DNA of 64,000 bases, taken from assembly GCA_943356525.1 (NCBI GenBank), contig CALRFG010000001.1:75919-139918 (forward strand), in the 5' to 3' direction. Shown piece by piece: positions 27,834-37,060 of the stretch. The notes under the pieces are model-generated. The model did no database searches. It saw only the letters and a program-made list of their open reading frames with translations, and was not told the origin of the DNA. The translations under genes were made by a program, and so were the position numbers. The stretch comes from Candidatus Nomurabacteria bacterium (GTDB lineage: Bacteria > Patescibacteriota > Minisyncoccia > Phycocordibacterales > CAIZLB01). How positions within the stretch are numbered: the stretch's first letter is position 1; each line of letters starts with the position of its first letter.

Positions 27834-28137
27834 CATTTAAAAAAAGACCCATCGGGTTTTTTTTGTGCTCTCTAGAAAGCAAACTGCTTTGCTTTTGGGT
27901 TGGAATCGAAAAGTTTTACCTTATTTTTGAGAATACAAAGTATTCGAAAAAATGGTAAAGGTGTACTGATCCTGTAAGGATCGATACAACAACCGAGAGT
28001 ACAAAAATATTCACTCTTACGAAAAAGACTGGAAAATTTCCTCTTGCTTGGAGCCAAGCTCCTGCGCAAAGCCTTTTTCTTCCTCTTTAATATTTTCTTA
28101 TTTAACCTCAGTAAGAAAAATGCTACAATCTACGTAT

Positions 28138-28902
28138 ATGATACATATGCGTAAAATTTTTTTATTTTTAATATTGGTTATTTTTATAAGCTTCAATACC
28201 AATATTCATGCTTATGCAACTAGTACAAACAATAACTCTAGTTCTACAAGCTTTTATTCTACAACGACTTCAAACCTAACAAAAATATATAAAGATATTA
28301 AATTAAAAGCACCTGCCTATAAACAACAATATGCAAATAGTTGTGAAGCTGCGACACTTCGTATGGCATTGGCTTTTAAGGGTTTAATTAAAAATGAAAT
28401 ACAGATTTTAACAAAATTTGGTTACAATCCTACATATATAGATTTGACAAATAATATCTGGGATGACCCTCAAAAACAATTTGTTGGTTATATAGATGTG
28501 ACTGGTAAACCTTTTGGAGGTTATGGAGTGTACGGTATTCCCGTTGCTAAAGCTATTGAGAGTTTTGGATTGAAAGCTGAATATGCAACAAGTACAAATA
28601 TAACACCCACATTTTTAGCACAAGCTGTTGATAATAATAATCCTGTTATTGTTTGGGGCTATAGCTCATTTACTGCACCTCCTTATACATGGAAAACAAA
28701 AGAAAATACAAAAGTCAAAGCTTTTAGGGGTGAGCATGTTCGTTTGATAGTTGGTTTTAAAGGGACTGTAGAAAAACCTGTTGGATTTTATGTAAATGAT
28801 TCTTTAAAAGGTCGTTATGCTGAATACTGGACTAGTGAAAAGTTAATGGAAAATATACAAAAGGTTCCAGGTGTTACCGATCAAGCTGTTGTTGTAAAAT
28901 AG
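28138..28902 (+). CDS. Secreted papain-like peptidase of the C39-like family (Peptidase_C39_2-type).
   Basis: A signal peptide is followed by QQYANSCEAATLRMALAFKG (catalytic Cys context) and a downstream His in GEHVRLIVGF. A low-complexity Ser/Thr/Asn linker follows the signal peptide. Confidence 0.5.
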   Translation: MIHMRKIFLFLILVIFISFNTNIHAYATSTNNNSSSTSFYSTTTSNLTKIYKDIKLKAPAYKQQYANSCEAATLRMALAFKGLIKNEIQILTKFGYNPTYIDLTNNIWDDPQKQFVGYIDVTGKPFGGYGVYGIPVAKAIESFGLKAEYATSTNITPTFLAQAVDNNNPVIVWGYSSFTAPPYTWKTKENTKVKAFRGEHVRLIVGFKGTVEKPVGFYVNDSLKGRYAEYWTSEKLMENIQKVPGVTDQAVVVK

Positions 28903-28925
28903 TCTAATAAGGCTATACTGATAAT

Positions 28926-29906
28926 ATGTTTACTCAAATCATGTTGATTTTATCTTTAATGTTTGGATCAGTTGATTTATCAGAAGGTTTACCTATAAGT
29001 TCACAATACACAGAAAAGCCTGTATCTGTATTATTTTTAGGTGATATAATGTTTGATAGAGGTGTGAGGGTAAAAGCTAACAGTATAGGATATGAAAATG
29101 TATTTGGTCCCGCAACTACAACTATACAAAATCACGATTTAACTATAGCAAATCTTGAAGGTCCGATTACATCATTTAAATCTAAATTAGTTTTACCTTC
29201 AGGTAAGGCTATATCAGGATTTCAATTTACTTTTGATAATAAAGTCGCGTTAGCACTTAAAAATGTTGGTATAGATATAGTTTCTTTGGCAAATAATCAT
29301 ACGGATAATTTTGGACAAGTAGGCTTAGATCAAACAAGAAGTATTTTATCAGAAAATGATCTTATGTATTTTGGTAGTCCTAAAAATAATCCGGCATACA
29401 CAGCAACTTCAACATGTGTAAATAATATTTGTATTGGTATTATTGGCTGGCATGAATTTGGTTATGCAAATGATCAATTTATAGTTGATAAAATAAAAGA
29501 AATAAGACCTACTGTTGATTTTCTTGTTCTGTATCCACATTGGGGAACGGAGTATGCTTTAAAGCCAAATAAGAAACAGATCAGACTTGCACATGAATGG
29601 ATAGATGCCGGTGCTGATGCAATAATAGGTCATCATCCACATGTTGTGCAAACCGTTGAAGAATATAAAGGTAAATACATATTCTATTCTTTGGGAAATT
29701 TTATATTTGATCAATATTTTTCTTTTAATACAACTCATGGTATAGGTGTTTCAGCGGAGGTGTATAAGGACAAGGTCGAGTATAAAATAATACCTTTTTC
29801 AAGTGTTGGGTCCAAGGTGAGTGAATTATCGGAGGGTGAGAAGGTGAAGATATTTGATTTGTTGAAGAAGAATTCAGGGGATTGGGTAGAGAAGTTGTTT
29901 AAATAG
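28926..29906 (+). CDS. capA: CapA/PgsA-family metallophosphoesterase (poly-gamma-glutamate synthesis protein).
   Basis: The motifs LGDIMFDRG, NLEGPIT, NNHTDNFG, HWGTEY and GHHPHVVQ are metallophosphatase signatures in the CapA arrangement. Confidence 0.7.
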   Translation: MFTQIMLILSLMFGSVDLSEGLPISSQYTEKPVSVLFLGDIMFDRGVRVKANSIGYENVFGPATTTIQNHDLTIANLEGPITSFKSKLVLPSGKAISGFQFTFDNKVALALKNVGIDIVSLANNHTDNFGQVGLDQTRSILSENDLMYFGSPKNNPAYTATSTCVNNICIGIIGWHEFGYANDQFIVDKIKEIRPTVDFLVLYPHWGTEYALKPNKKQIRLAHEWIDAGADAIIGHHPHVVQTVEEYKGKYIFYSLGNFIFDQYFSFNTTHGIGVSAEVYKDKVEYKIIPFSSVGSKVSELSEGEKVKIFDLLKKNSGDWVEKLFK

Positions 29907-30041
29907 GTTTTTAGGACTTGGTCCTTACAGGACCAGTATACCTTTGCAATTTTCTCAGAATTAAAAATTCCTCGAAAATATAGCAAAGCTTTTCAAGTCC
30001 CACCCGAAAGTGCAACCATGCACTTTCTATCACCCCAAAAG

Positions 30042-30070
30042 AAAAAGTCCCTAATGGGACTTTTTCGTTT
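30042..30070 (+). terminator. Terminator hairpin (aaaagtccctaatgggacttttt cgtttt).
   Basis: A 9-bp stem is followed by a T-run. It abuts the 3' end of the minus-strand tRNA-Val. Confidence 0.55.
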
Positions 30071-30071
30071 T

Positions 30072-30145
30072 GTGCGCGATGAGGGACTTGAACCCCCGAC
30101 CTTCTCAGTGTAAATGAGTTGCTCTACCAACTGAGCTAATCGCGC
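30072..30145 (-). tRNA. tRNA-Val, anticodon TAC.
   Basis: GCGCGAT-TA-GCTC-AGTTGGTA-GAGC-A-ACTCA-TTTACAC-TGAGA-AGGTC-GGGGG-TTCAAGT-CCCTC-ATCGCGC-A is a clean cloverleaf. Confidence 0.85.
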
Positions 30146-30210
30146 TTCTGTGAAAATAATATATCATATAATTATTTGATATACAAATACAATTATAGTA
30201 GGCTTATACT

Positions 30211-30792
30211 ATGGCTATAGTAGAAGAATTGGTTTTAAATAAAAAATACACATTAGGTAGAAGGGTTTTCTGGTTTTTGTTTATTAAACACAATATTAAA
30301 TTTTTCCTATTTCTTCTGATTTTAGGATTTGGTGTATATTTTATAAATACTAGCTCTTTCAAAGATTGGTTTTCCACCATTGACACTATTATAACAATTG
30401 GTATTTTAAATCTTTGGATTGCATCTTTAATATTTTGTGTAATTCTTTTAATTCTTGTTTCAACTGTTGAAAGATATATACAGCATAGATTTTTATTGAG
30501 TGAACATTCATTTCATGTTAGACGGGGTATCTTTATGGTTAAAGAAAAAGTTATACCCTACAGACATATACAAAATGTTGATATAGAAAGACCTTATCAT
30601 TTTAGAATATTAGGTTTATCAAAGCTAGATATTACAACAGCCAGAACTGATAATTTTGAAGATGAAAAATCAAACCTAATACCATTGATAGACAAGAACT
30701 TAGCCAGAAAATTATCCGAGTTTTTAGTTTTACAGGGTGTTCAAAGTCATAATGGTATAGAGTTTAATAATAAAGAAAATAAAGCATCATAG
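30211..30792 (+). CDS. Membrane protein with a bacterial PH domain (YdbS/bPH_2-like).
   Basis: It has two N-terminal TM helices followed by FHVRRGIFMVKEKVIPYRHIQNVDIERPYHFRILGLSKLDITTA, which is typical of bPH_2. Confidence 0.55.
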   Translation: MAIVEELVLNKKYTLGRRVFWFLFIKHNIKFFLFLLILGFGVYFINTSSFKDWFSTIDTIITIGILNLWIASLIFCVILLILVSTVERYIQHRFLLSEHSFHVRRGIFMVKEKVIPYRHIQNVDIERPYHFRILGLSKLDITTARTDNFEDEKSNLIPLIDKNLARKLSEFLVLQGVQSHNGIEFNNKENKAS

Positions 30793-30793
30793 T

Positions 30794-31357
30794 ATGTCTC
30801 CATTCCTCATTCATTTGTCTATATACATTTCAATAATATTTTCTCCTGAATTTTTATTCTTATTAAGTTTATTTGCTATATCTGTTTCTTTTATTTATTT
30901 GAGTATTAAAAGAATACCTTATAAAGAGATTCTGACTATAAATTGTCCAAATGCTATAAAGGGTATAATTATGATTTTATCATCAATAATTACCGCGACT
31001 TTATTATCACAAATCATAAAATACACATATAAAATTTCTAGACCACAGGACATGCTCGTTTTTGAAACAGGATATAGCTTTCCAAGTGGCCACACTACTG
31101 TTGCTTTTGCTATATGTTCAACTATTATATTTTTACTATTTAAATATTTTAAAGATCATAGATGGTATATAAATTACTTACATGTAGTTTTGTTTACCCT
31201 AACATCTTTACTTATTGCTGGTACTAGATTAGTTCTACAGGTGCATGATTTGATAGATATAATATTTGGTGCATTATTGGGGTTAATTTGTACATTTCTA
31301 TCTATTAAAATTTATTATAGAGCAATGCTATATATAGATAAAAAGATTTATAAATAG
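30794..31357 (+). CDS. PAP2-family membrane phosphatase.
   Basis: The motifs KxxxxxxRP, SFPSGHTT and later SRxxxxxHxxxD-like segments (YSFPSGHTTVAFAI) match PAP2. Confidence 0.7.
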   Translation: MSPFLIHLSIYISIIFSPEFLFLLSLFAISVSFIYLSIKRIPYKEILTINCPNAIKGIIMILSSIITATLLSQIIKYTYKISRPQDMLVFETGYSFPSGHTTVAFAICSTIIFLLFKYFKDHRWYINYLHVVLFTLTSLLIAGTRLVLQVHDLIDIIFGALLGLICTFLSIKIYYRAMLYIDKKIYK

Positions 31358-31391
31358 TTTCAAATATTGATTTATCTGCTACAATCACGAT

Positions 31392-32240
31392 ATGGATACT
31401 CTTCTGTTAAAATCGAAACCAATATTAGATTTTTTTAATCTACATCATAAGATGACAGCTTCTCCTGTAAAGGCTCGTCTAGATATTTTCTTGATAGGAA
31501 ATAATCCTGCTTCTCAAATATATGTAAGTAAGAAAAAAGAACTGGCTGACAGTCTAGGTATAGAAACCTTTATACATAATTATAATAACAATACAGATCA
31601 AGATCTTTTACAAATAGAAATCAAAAAGATTTCAGATAATACTGAGGTGAGTGGAATAATAATACAATTACCGATTCCTAAAAATCTAAATATTCGCGAA
31701 CTATATAATCAAATAGATCCTAAAAAGGATATAGAGAGTTTAACTGATACAAATATTTCTAAACGTGCTTATGGAGAAAAAACTTATTTACCAGCTACTG
31801 CACGCGCAGTGCAAACACTTTTTGATTTTTATCAGATTGAGATAGAAGGTTTACATGTGGTTATGATTGGCAATTCGGATATAGTAGGTAAGCCTTTAGC
31901 TGCAATGTGTTTAGATAAAAAAGCTACTGTAACTATCTGTCATGAATTTACGAGAGATTTAAAAAGTATAACAAGAACAGCTGATATTGTTATTGTTGCA
32001 ATAGGAAAACCTAAGTTTATAGATGAATCATATTTTAGAGATGATAAGACTCAAGTTGTAATAGATATAGGGGTAAATGATATAGGAACAAATGAACAAA
32101 CTGGAAAAAGAAAGATTTGCGGTGATGTAGATTTTATAAATGTAAAAGATAAAGTATTGGCTATAACTCCTGTTCCTGGAGGGGTAGGTCCCCTAACAGT
32201 TTTGAGCTTAATGGAAAATTTATTGGAATCAGTGATATAA
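31392..32240 (+). CDS. folD: Bifunctional methylenetetrahydrofolate dehydrogenase/cyclohydrolase.
   Basis: The sequences LIGNNPASQIYVSKK..., VVMIGNSDIVGKPLAAM and PVPGGVGPLTVLSLMENL are the FolD pattern. Confidence 0.85.
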   Translation: MDTLLLKSKPILDFFNLHHKMTASPVKARLDIFLIGNNPASQIYVSKKKELADSLGIETFIHNYNNNTDQDLLQIEIKKISDNTEVSGIIIQLPIPKNLNIRELYNQIDPKKDIESLTDTNISKRAYGEKTYLPATARAVQTLFDFYQIEIEGLHVVMIGNSDIVGKPLAAMCLDKKATVTICHEFTRDLKSITRTADIVIVAIGKPKFIDESYFRDDKTQVVIDIGVNDIGTNEQTGKRKICGDVDFINVKDKVLAITPVPGGVGPLTVLSLMENLLESVI

Positions 32241-32247
32241 TATATGT

Positions 32248-33132
32248 ATGAATAATATATCAAAAAATATGAATGAATTTATGCAATCAACAGGTCTAAA
32301 AAGAAACCTTTATACATTGATAATAGTTTTTATAGCTTTATTTGCTATAGCTAAAACTGTATTAACTTATAAAGAAGCCATTTCATTTAAAAATCCAAAC
32401 TCTGTAAATTATATTTCTGTTTCAGGTAAGGCTGAAGAATTTATAAAACCTGATACTTTAACTTTTTATATAACAGTAAATGAGGAAGGTAAGGATATAT
32501 TAGAAGCGACTGCTAAAGTTACAACCAAGGTGGATAAAGCTATATCTATACTTACAGCTAACGGTGTAAATAAAGATAATATAAAGCTTGAAGCATATAA
32601 CGTATCTGATAAATATGACACAGTTACATCTGCATGTACCTATCCTGGCACTGAACCTATTATGGAGAAAGCTACTATGATAGCTACAGCATGTATACAA
32701 ACATCAAGTTCTAAGATAGTGGGACAGATTGTTACTCAAAGTATATCTGTTAAGATTCGAGATATAGAGAAAAACGCAAACAATGATCAAAGAACAAAAA
32801 TCTTGAGTGAACTAACCTCAGAAAACATTAAAGCAGACAACTTTGCTTTCACCGTATATGATATAGATTTTGCTAAAAAAATAATAAGAGAAGAAGCTAT
32901 TAAAAATGCCAAAATTGACGCAAAAAAATTAGCCAAAGACTTGGGTGTTAGACTTGATAAATTATCAAGCTTCTCAGATAATGATGGCGATTATCCTATA
33001 TACGGTATGGGAGGTGATATGATGAATACAAAATCAGTCAGAGCTCAATCTGCCCCAATGGCAGCACCTGAGTTAACACCTGGTCAACAAAAAGTTACCT
33101 CAAATGTAACATTGACATATTCAATCAAATAG
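32248..33132 (+). CDS. SIMPL/DUF541-domain protein (periplasmic immunogenic-protein family).
   Basis: It has an N-terminal TM helix and the SVSGKAEEFIKPDTLTFYITV...KDNIKLEAYNV pattern typical of DUF541. Confidence 0.55.
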   Translation: MNNISKNMNEFMQSTGLKRNLYTLIIVFIALFAIAKTVLTYKEAISFKNPNSVNYISVSGKAEEFIKPDTLTFYITVNEEGKDILEATAKVTTKVDKAISILTANGVNKDNIKLEAYNVSDKYDTVTSACTYPGTEPIMEKATMIATACIQTSSSKIVGQIVTQSISVKIRDIEKNANNDQRTKILSELTSENIKADNFAFTVYDIDFAKKIIREEAIKNAKIDAKKLAKDLGVRLDKLSSFSDNDGDYPIYGMGGDMMNTKSVRAQSAPMAAPELTPGQQKVTSNVTLTYSIK

Positions 33133-33153
33133 TCTAATATAATAAACATGTTT

Positions 33154-33176
33154 AAAGCGCTCCAAAAGAGCGTTTT
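33154..33176 (+). terminator. Terminator hairpin after the SIMPL gene.
   Basis: The sequence is aaagcgctccaaaagagcgtttt. Confidence 0.5.
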
Positions 33177-33214
33177 AAATTTGAAAAATAATTAATACAT
33201 ACTATAATAAAAAC

Positions 33215-33394
33215 ATGTCTATAATATCTTACCTAACAGAAGTTAAAGCAGAATCCAAAAATATAAAATGGCCAACAAGGAAACAGGTTATAAACTATAC
33301 TGTAGTCGTTATAGTTTTATCCACAGCACTAGCTACATATGTAGGTGCACTTGATGCATTGTTTGCAAAATTATTATCAATTGTACTTAACTAA
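33215..33394 (+). CDS. secE: Preprotein translocase subunit SecE (59 aa). This gene is missing from the supplied ORF track.
   Basis: Direct translation gives MSIISYLTEVKAESKNIKWPTRKQVINYTVVVIVLSTALATYVGALDALFAKLLSIVLN, which has the SecE-like KxxxW..P....V.....V motif and a single TM helix. It lies immediately upstream of nusG-rplK, the canonical secE-nusG-rplK order. Confidence 0.8.
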   Translation: MSIISYLTEVKAESKNIKWPTRKQVINYTVVVIVLSTALATYVGALDALFAKLLSIVLN

Positions 33395-33419
33395 TTTAAT
33401 AAAAATTTAATATAAAAAT

Positions 33420-33962
33420 ATGGCAAAGCAAATTGAAAAAGATAGAAACTGGTATGCAATACAAACATATTCAGGTTATGAAAATGCTGTTGTTCGTAAT
33501 CTAAAACAACGTATAGAGTCTCTTGGTCTCGAAGATAAGATATTCAACGTGCTTATCCCAACAAAAAAAGTTATCAAAATTAAGTCAGGTAAAAGAATAG
33601 AAGAAGATGAGAAGATTTACCCGGGGTATGTACTAGTAGAAATGATAGTAAATGACGAAACTTGGTTCAACGTTAGAAATACACCTCGTGTAACGGGCTT
33701 TGTGGGATCCGGTAATATACCTGTTCCTGTAAGTGATACAGAGTTAGCTGATATATTTGCAAACATGAAAGGTGATAACCTTATACATAACCTCGATGTA
33801 CTTATAGATGAATATGTTTCTATAGTAGATGGTCCATTTAAGGATTCTGATGGTAAAGTTTCAAAGATAGATCAAGAAAAAGGCAAACTTATAGTGTTAG
33901 TTTCTATGTTTGATAGGGAGATACCTGTTGAACTAGACTTCTTGCAAGTAAAGAAGAAATAA
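33420..33962 (+). CDS. nusG: Transcription termination/antitermination factor NusG.
   Basis: The NGN domain [14 protein letters not shown] is followed by a C-terminal KOW motif ([19 protein letters not shown]). Confidence 0.9.
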   Translation: MAKQIEKDRNWYAIQTYSGYENAVVRNLKQRIESLGLEDKIFNVLIPTKKVIKIKSGKRIEEDEKIYPGYVLVEMIVNDETWFNVRNTPRVTGFVGSGNIPVPVSDTELADIFANMKGDNLIHNLDVLIDEYVSIVDGPFKDSDGKVSKIDQEKGKLIVLVSMFDREIPVELDFLQVKKK

Positions 33963-34008
33963 GCTATTATCAATCGTACAAATAGATTCGCAAATAAAAA
34001 CTAAAAAT

Positions 34009-34434
34009 ATGGCAAAAAAAGTAACAAAAATAATAAAATTACAGATCGCGGCTGCAAAAGCAACACCTGCACCACCTATTGGTACAGCTCTTGGACCTGC
34101 AGGTGTAAACATTGGAGACTTTGTAAAAAGATTCAACGATGCAACACAGGCTTTGGTAGGTAACACAGTTCCTGTGGTTATCAGTGTATATGACGACAGA
34201 TCTTTTGATTTCATCATGAAAACAGCTCCTGCAGCTGAGATGGTTAAAAAAGCTATTGGTCTTGAAAAAGGTTCAGGTACACCAAACTCTAAAAAAGCAG
34301 GTAAAATAACTCGTGCTCAAGTTAAAGAGATAGCGGAAAGAAAAATGGTTGATATGAATGCATTCGACCTTGCTGGAGCAATTAAAATGATTGAGGGTAC
34401 ATGTGCTTCACTAGGAGTTGAGATAGTTGACTAG
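34009..34434 (+). CDS. rplK: 50S ribosomal protein L11.
   Basis: The sequence [35 protein letters not shown] matches L11. Confidence 0.95.
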   Translation: MAKKVTKIIKLQIAAAKATPAPPIGTALGPAGVNIGDFVKRFNDATQALVGNTVPVVISVYDDRSFDFIMKTAPAAEMVKKAIGLEKGSGTPNSKKAGKITRAQVKEIAERKMVDMNAFDLAGAIKMIEGTCASLGVEIVD

Positions 34435-34462
34435 GTTAAGAGTTTTAAAAAAATCATAGAAG

Positions 34463-34490
34463 ACATCATGAAAGTGATGTTTTTTGTTTT
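34463..34490 (+). terminator. Terminator after rplK (acatcatgaaagtgatgt followed by a T-run). No rplA follows.
   Basis: A hairpin is followed by tttttgtttt. Confidence 0.55.
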
Positions 34491-34514
34491 AAGTCCTATG
34501 TTACTATATAAACT

Positions 34515-35291
34515 ATGAACACATACCTAGCACTAATATCCATACTAGAAGGTCTTACAGAATTCCTTCCTATATCATCAACAGCCCATCTTATAATTTT
34601 CTCAAAATTTATAGATATAGATTTAACTGATGCATATGTAAAGTTTTATTTATTATTTATACAACTTGGTGCACTCTTAGCTGGAGCATCTATTTTTGCA
34701 AGGAAAATATTTACAGATAAAAAATTATTTACAAATATAATTGTAAGTTTTATACCTAGTGCTATAGTTGGTTTTATTTTTTATAAAATGTTTAAGAAAT
34801 TATTGGAAGGAAATATACTGTTAATGGCGGCAATGCTTATTGTTGGTGGTATTATATTTATCTATATAGAAAAAGTATTTTTAAAGAAAGTTGATAATAT
34901 ACAAAAACAAAAAGAAACTTTAACCATAAAGGACGCTTTCATTGTTGGGCTTGCTCAGGCTGTAGCTATCATCCCTGGAGTATCCCGTTCAGGTGCTACA
35001 ATCATAGCTGGTGTATTTAGGAATATAAAAAAGTCAGTTATCATAGAATATACTTTTATCTTAGCATTACCAACCTTAGGAGCTGCTGTTTTATATGATG
35101 CATATAAATCAAGAGAGATATTTAGTATGGTATATAATTATAATGAATTGATACTGGGATTTGTTTTGGCTTTTGTTTCAGGATATTTAACTTTGTTTAT
35201 TTTGAGAAAATATTTAACTCGTATTTCTCTAACATTTTTTGGCTGGTATAGAATAGTGTTGACTGTTGTTATATTGATTACTTTGTACTAA
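34515..35291 (+). CDS. uppP: Undecaprenyl-diphosphatase (BacA/UppP).
   Basis: The motifs LEGLTEFLPISSTAHLI and PGVSRSGATI are the UppP signatures, in an 8-TM protein. Confidence 0.85.
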   Translation: MNTYLALISILEGLTEFLPISSTAHLIIFSKFIDIDLTDAYVKFYLLFIQLGALLAGASIFARKIFTDKKLFTNIIVSFIPSAIVGFIFYKMFKKLLEGNILLMAAMLIVGGIIFIYIEKVFLKKVDNIQKQKETLTIKDAFIVGLAQAVAIIPGVSRSGATIIAGVFRNIKKSVIIEYTFILALPTLGAAVLYDAYKSREIFSMVYNYNELILGFVLAFVSGYLTLFILRKYLTRISLTFFGWYRIVLTVVILITLY

Positions 35292-35948
35292 ATAAAAAAA
35301 TCTCGTACACACCGCTGGGGTATGTACGAGAAATGGTTTTTTCTGATCTTTATGCCGGCGTCTCCAAAATAGGATGAAGTTGGACATTAAGATCATAGGT
35401 ACACCAGGTTCGGGGATGGTAGTGAGTGGTATGTTTGAGTTGTGACGGACGGAAATAAAACCTCCATTACCATCGTAAGCATTCACGGCAAGGTTATTAA
35501 AGGTTGTACCTTGTATACCCCCAATTTCTAATACTCTAAACCATGATCTATTGTTAGGATCATTCATGGAAATAGAATCTGCATCCAAATCATGGAAATA
35601 GAATCTCCCCAACATACTCCAGTCTAGCTGGGGTTTATTTGGATAGAACCCGTATAGATACAGGTCTGTGTAAAAAGACCCAGTTTGAAGTATTTCCCCT
35701 TGTGGGGCGCCTAAACTAATTACCACATCGGAAAATGTGTTATTCCATTGAGGGTAAAAAGTATTCAAACTGAATATGATTTTATTTTTTTGATCATAAT
35801 AAGTTGTGTAAACCTCCTCCGACTCGATGCCGAGTCTAAAGGTTGACACTACACCTGTATCAGTTTTTGTTATCTGGACGGTTGTAGCTGCCTTAACTGC
35901 AACAATGGTGAAAAGCAGGGAAGAAACGAATGCGATAATGTTTTTCAT
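35229..35948 (-). CDS. Secreted hypothetical protein with a PEP-CTERM-like segment near its C-terminus.
   Basis: It has an N-terminal signal peptide (MKNIIAFVSSLLFTIVAVKAA). Near the C-terminus TTIPEPG-VPMILMSNFILFW-RRRH is a PEP motif plus TM helix plus basic cluster, but 40 more residues follow and they overlap the uppP terminator. The true C-terminus is uncertain. Confidence 0.4.
   Translation of the reverse strand: MKNIIAFVSSLLFTIVAVKAATTVQITKTDTGVVSTFRLGIESEEVYTTYYDQKNKIIFSLNTFYPQWNNTFSDVVISLGAPQGEILQTGSFYTDLYLYGFYPNKPQLDWSMLGRFYFHDLDADSISMNDPNNRSWFRVLEIGGIQGTTFNNLAVNAYDGNGGFISVRHNSNIPLTTIPEPGVPMILMSNFILFWRRRHKDQKKPFLVHTPAVCTRFFYLVQSNQYNNSQHYSIPAKKC
35301..35342. terminator. Strong hairpin plus T-run downstream of uppP, lying inside the 3' region of the convergent minus-strand ORF.
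   Basis: The sequence tctcgtacacaccgctggggtatgtacgaga aatggtttttt forms a perfect 9-bp stem. Confidence 0.55.
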
Positions 35949-36057
35949 AGTTCTGTGTTTATTGGAAGATTGCTTACTTTAGCATATATACTATAACACG
36001 ATATATACACAAAAGTCAAGCATACCCATAAAAGTCAAAAATGATACAATTTGCTCA

Positions 36058-36564
36058 ATGATCAAAAAAACCGTAAAGATAGATATAAACAAAGAAACAG
36101 TAAGACCAACTTGGGATCAATATTTTATGGAATTGGTAGAGACTACAGGACGCAGAGCAACTTGTAGCAGAGGAAGATCTGGATGTGTGATAACTAAAGA
36201 CAAACGTATACTTACTACAGGTTACGTAGGCTCACCTATGGGCTCAAAACATTGCGATGAGGTTGGGCATGAGATGCACAAAGTAACACATGAAGACGGG
36301 ACTGAAAGTATGCATTGCATAAGAACTATACATGCTGAACAAAATGCATTGATACAAGCATCACGTGTCGGAGTCTCACTTCAAGGTGCGACTTTATATT
36401 GTAGTATGACACCATGTTATACTTGTGCAAAACTTATCATCAACGCTGGAATTGTTCGAGTTGTTGCAAAGCAGGATTATCAGGCATCAACTCAAACTAA
36501 AAGAATTTTCAAAGAAACAAAAGTTAAACTTGAAATACTAGATAGAAATATTACTAAATATTAA
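36058..36564 (+). CDS. dCMP deaminase (ComEB-like CMP/dCMP deaminase zinc-binding).
   Basis: The HAEQNA...PCYTCAKLI zinc-binding H-x-E...C-x-x-C motifs are present and the length is 168 aa. Confidence 0.8.
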   Translation: MIKKTVKIDINKETVRPTWDQYFMELVETTGRRATCSRGRSGCVITKDKRILTTGYVGSPMGSKHCDEVGHEMHKVTHEDGTESMHCIRTIHAEQNALIQASRVGVSLQGATLYCSMTPCYTCAKLIINAGIVRVVAKQDYQASTQTKRIFKETKVKLEILDRNITKY

Positions 36565-36575
36565 TATACAAATAT

Positions 36576-37001
36576 ATGCAATTAAAATTTAAAAAACTTC
36601 ATCCAAATGCAAAATTACCAAGTTATGCCTATACAGGGGATGCCGGCTTAGACTTGTATATTCCAGAAGATTTAATTTTTAAACAAGGAGAAAGAAAATC
36701 GATACCAATAGGTATATCTATAGAGATACCTGAGGGTTATGTAGGTATATTATTTGATAAAAGTGGTTTATCACATAAACACGGGCTTAAGAGTTATGGA
36801 GGTATTATTGATGCTGGATATAGAGGTGAGATACATGTTGGGATGATGAATTTGTCAGATAAAGATTATGAATTTAAAGAGGGAGATAAGATTATTCAGA
36901 TACTGATCATGCCAGTTCTACAAGCTGAGGTGGTTGAATGTGAAGAATTGTCCGATTCAGATAGAGGTGATGGAGCGTTCGGTAGTAGTGGGAGTAAATA
37001 A
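36576..37001 (+). CDS. dut: dUTP diphosphatase.
   Basis: The motifs AGLDLY, GIIDAGYRGEI and the C-terminal RGDGAFGSSG are dUTPase motifs. Confidence 0.85.
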   Translation: MQLKFKKLHPNAKLPSYAYTGDAGLDLYIPEDLIFKQGERKSIPIGISIEIPEGYVGILFDKSGLSHKHGLKSYGGIIDAGYRGEIHVGMMNLSDKDYEFKEGDKIIQILIMPVLQAEVVECEELSDSDRGDGAFGSSGSK

Positions 37002-37060
37002 TAAAGCTTGAATTAATTTAATAAATAAGTAAACTTCTATACAGAAAGTAAATAAATAAA

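Noticed and set aside
27872-28069. This is a 65-aa minus-strand ORF downstream of tRNA-Arg(TCT). Similar small ORFs are 1847-2074, 3131-3358, 5609-5833, 11469-11798, 13189-13871, 16223-16513, 21429-21632, 32051-32263, 32500-32700, 33933-34217, 37748-37930, 40083-40803, 40947-41300, 42302-43158, 43917-44147, 46692-46886, 51339-51611, 52749-52973, 53180-53773, 54206-54526, 55694-55876, 56581-57448 and 58166-58525.
   Set aside because: All of them overlap better-supported genes on the other strand or frame, or sit in tRNA-fragment spacers, and none has a recognisable motif.
35229-35948. I considered calling the 35229-35948 protein a bona fide PEP-CTERM exosortase substrate.
   Set aside because: The motif is not at the extreme C-terminus, and no exosortase is visible in the window. 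It is kept only as a flagged oddity.
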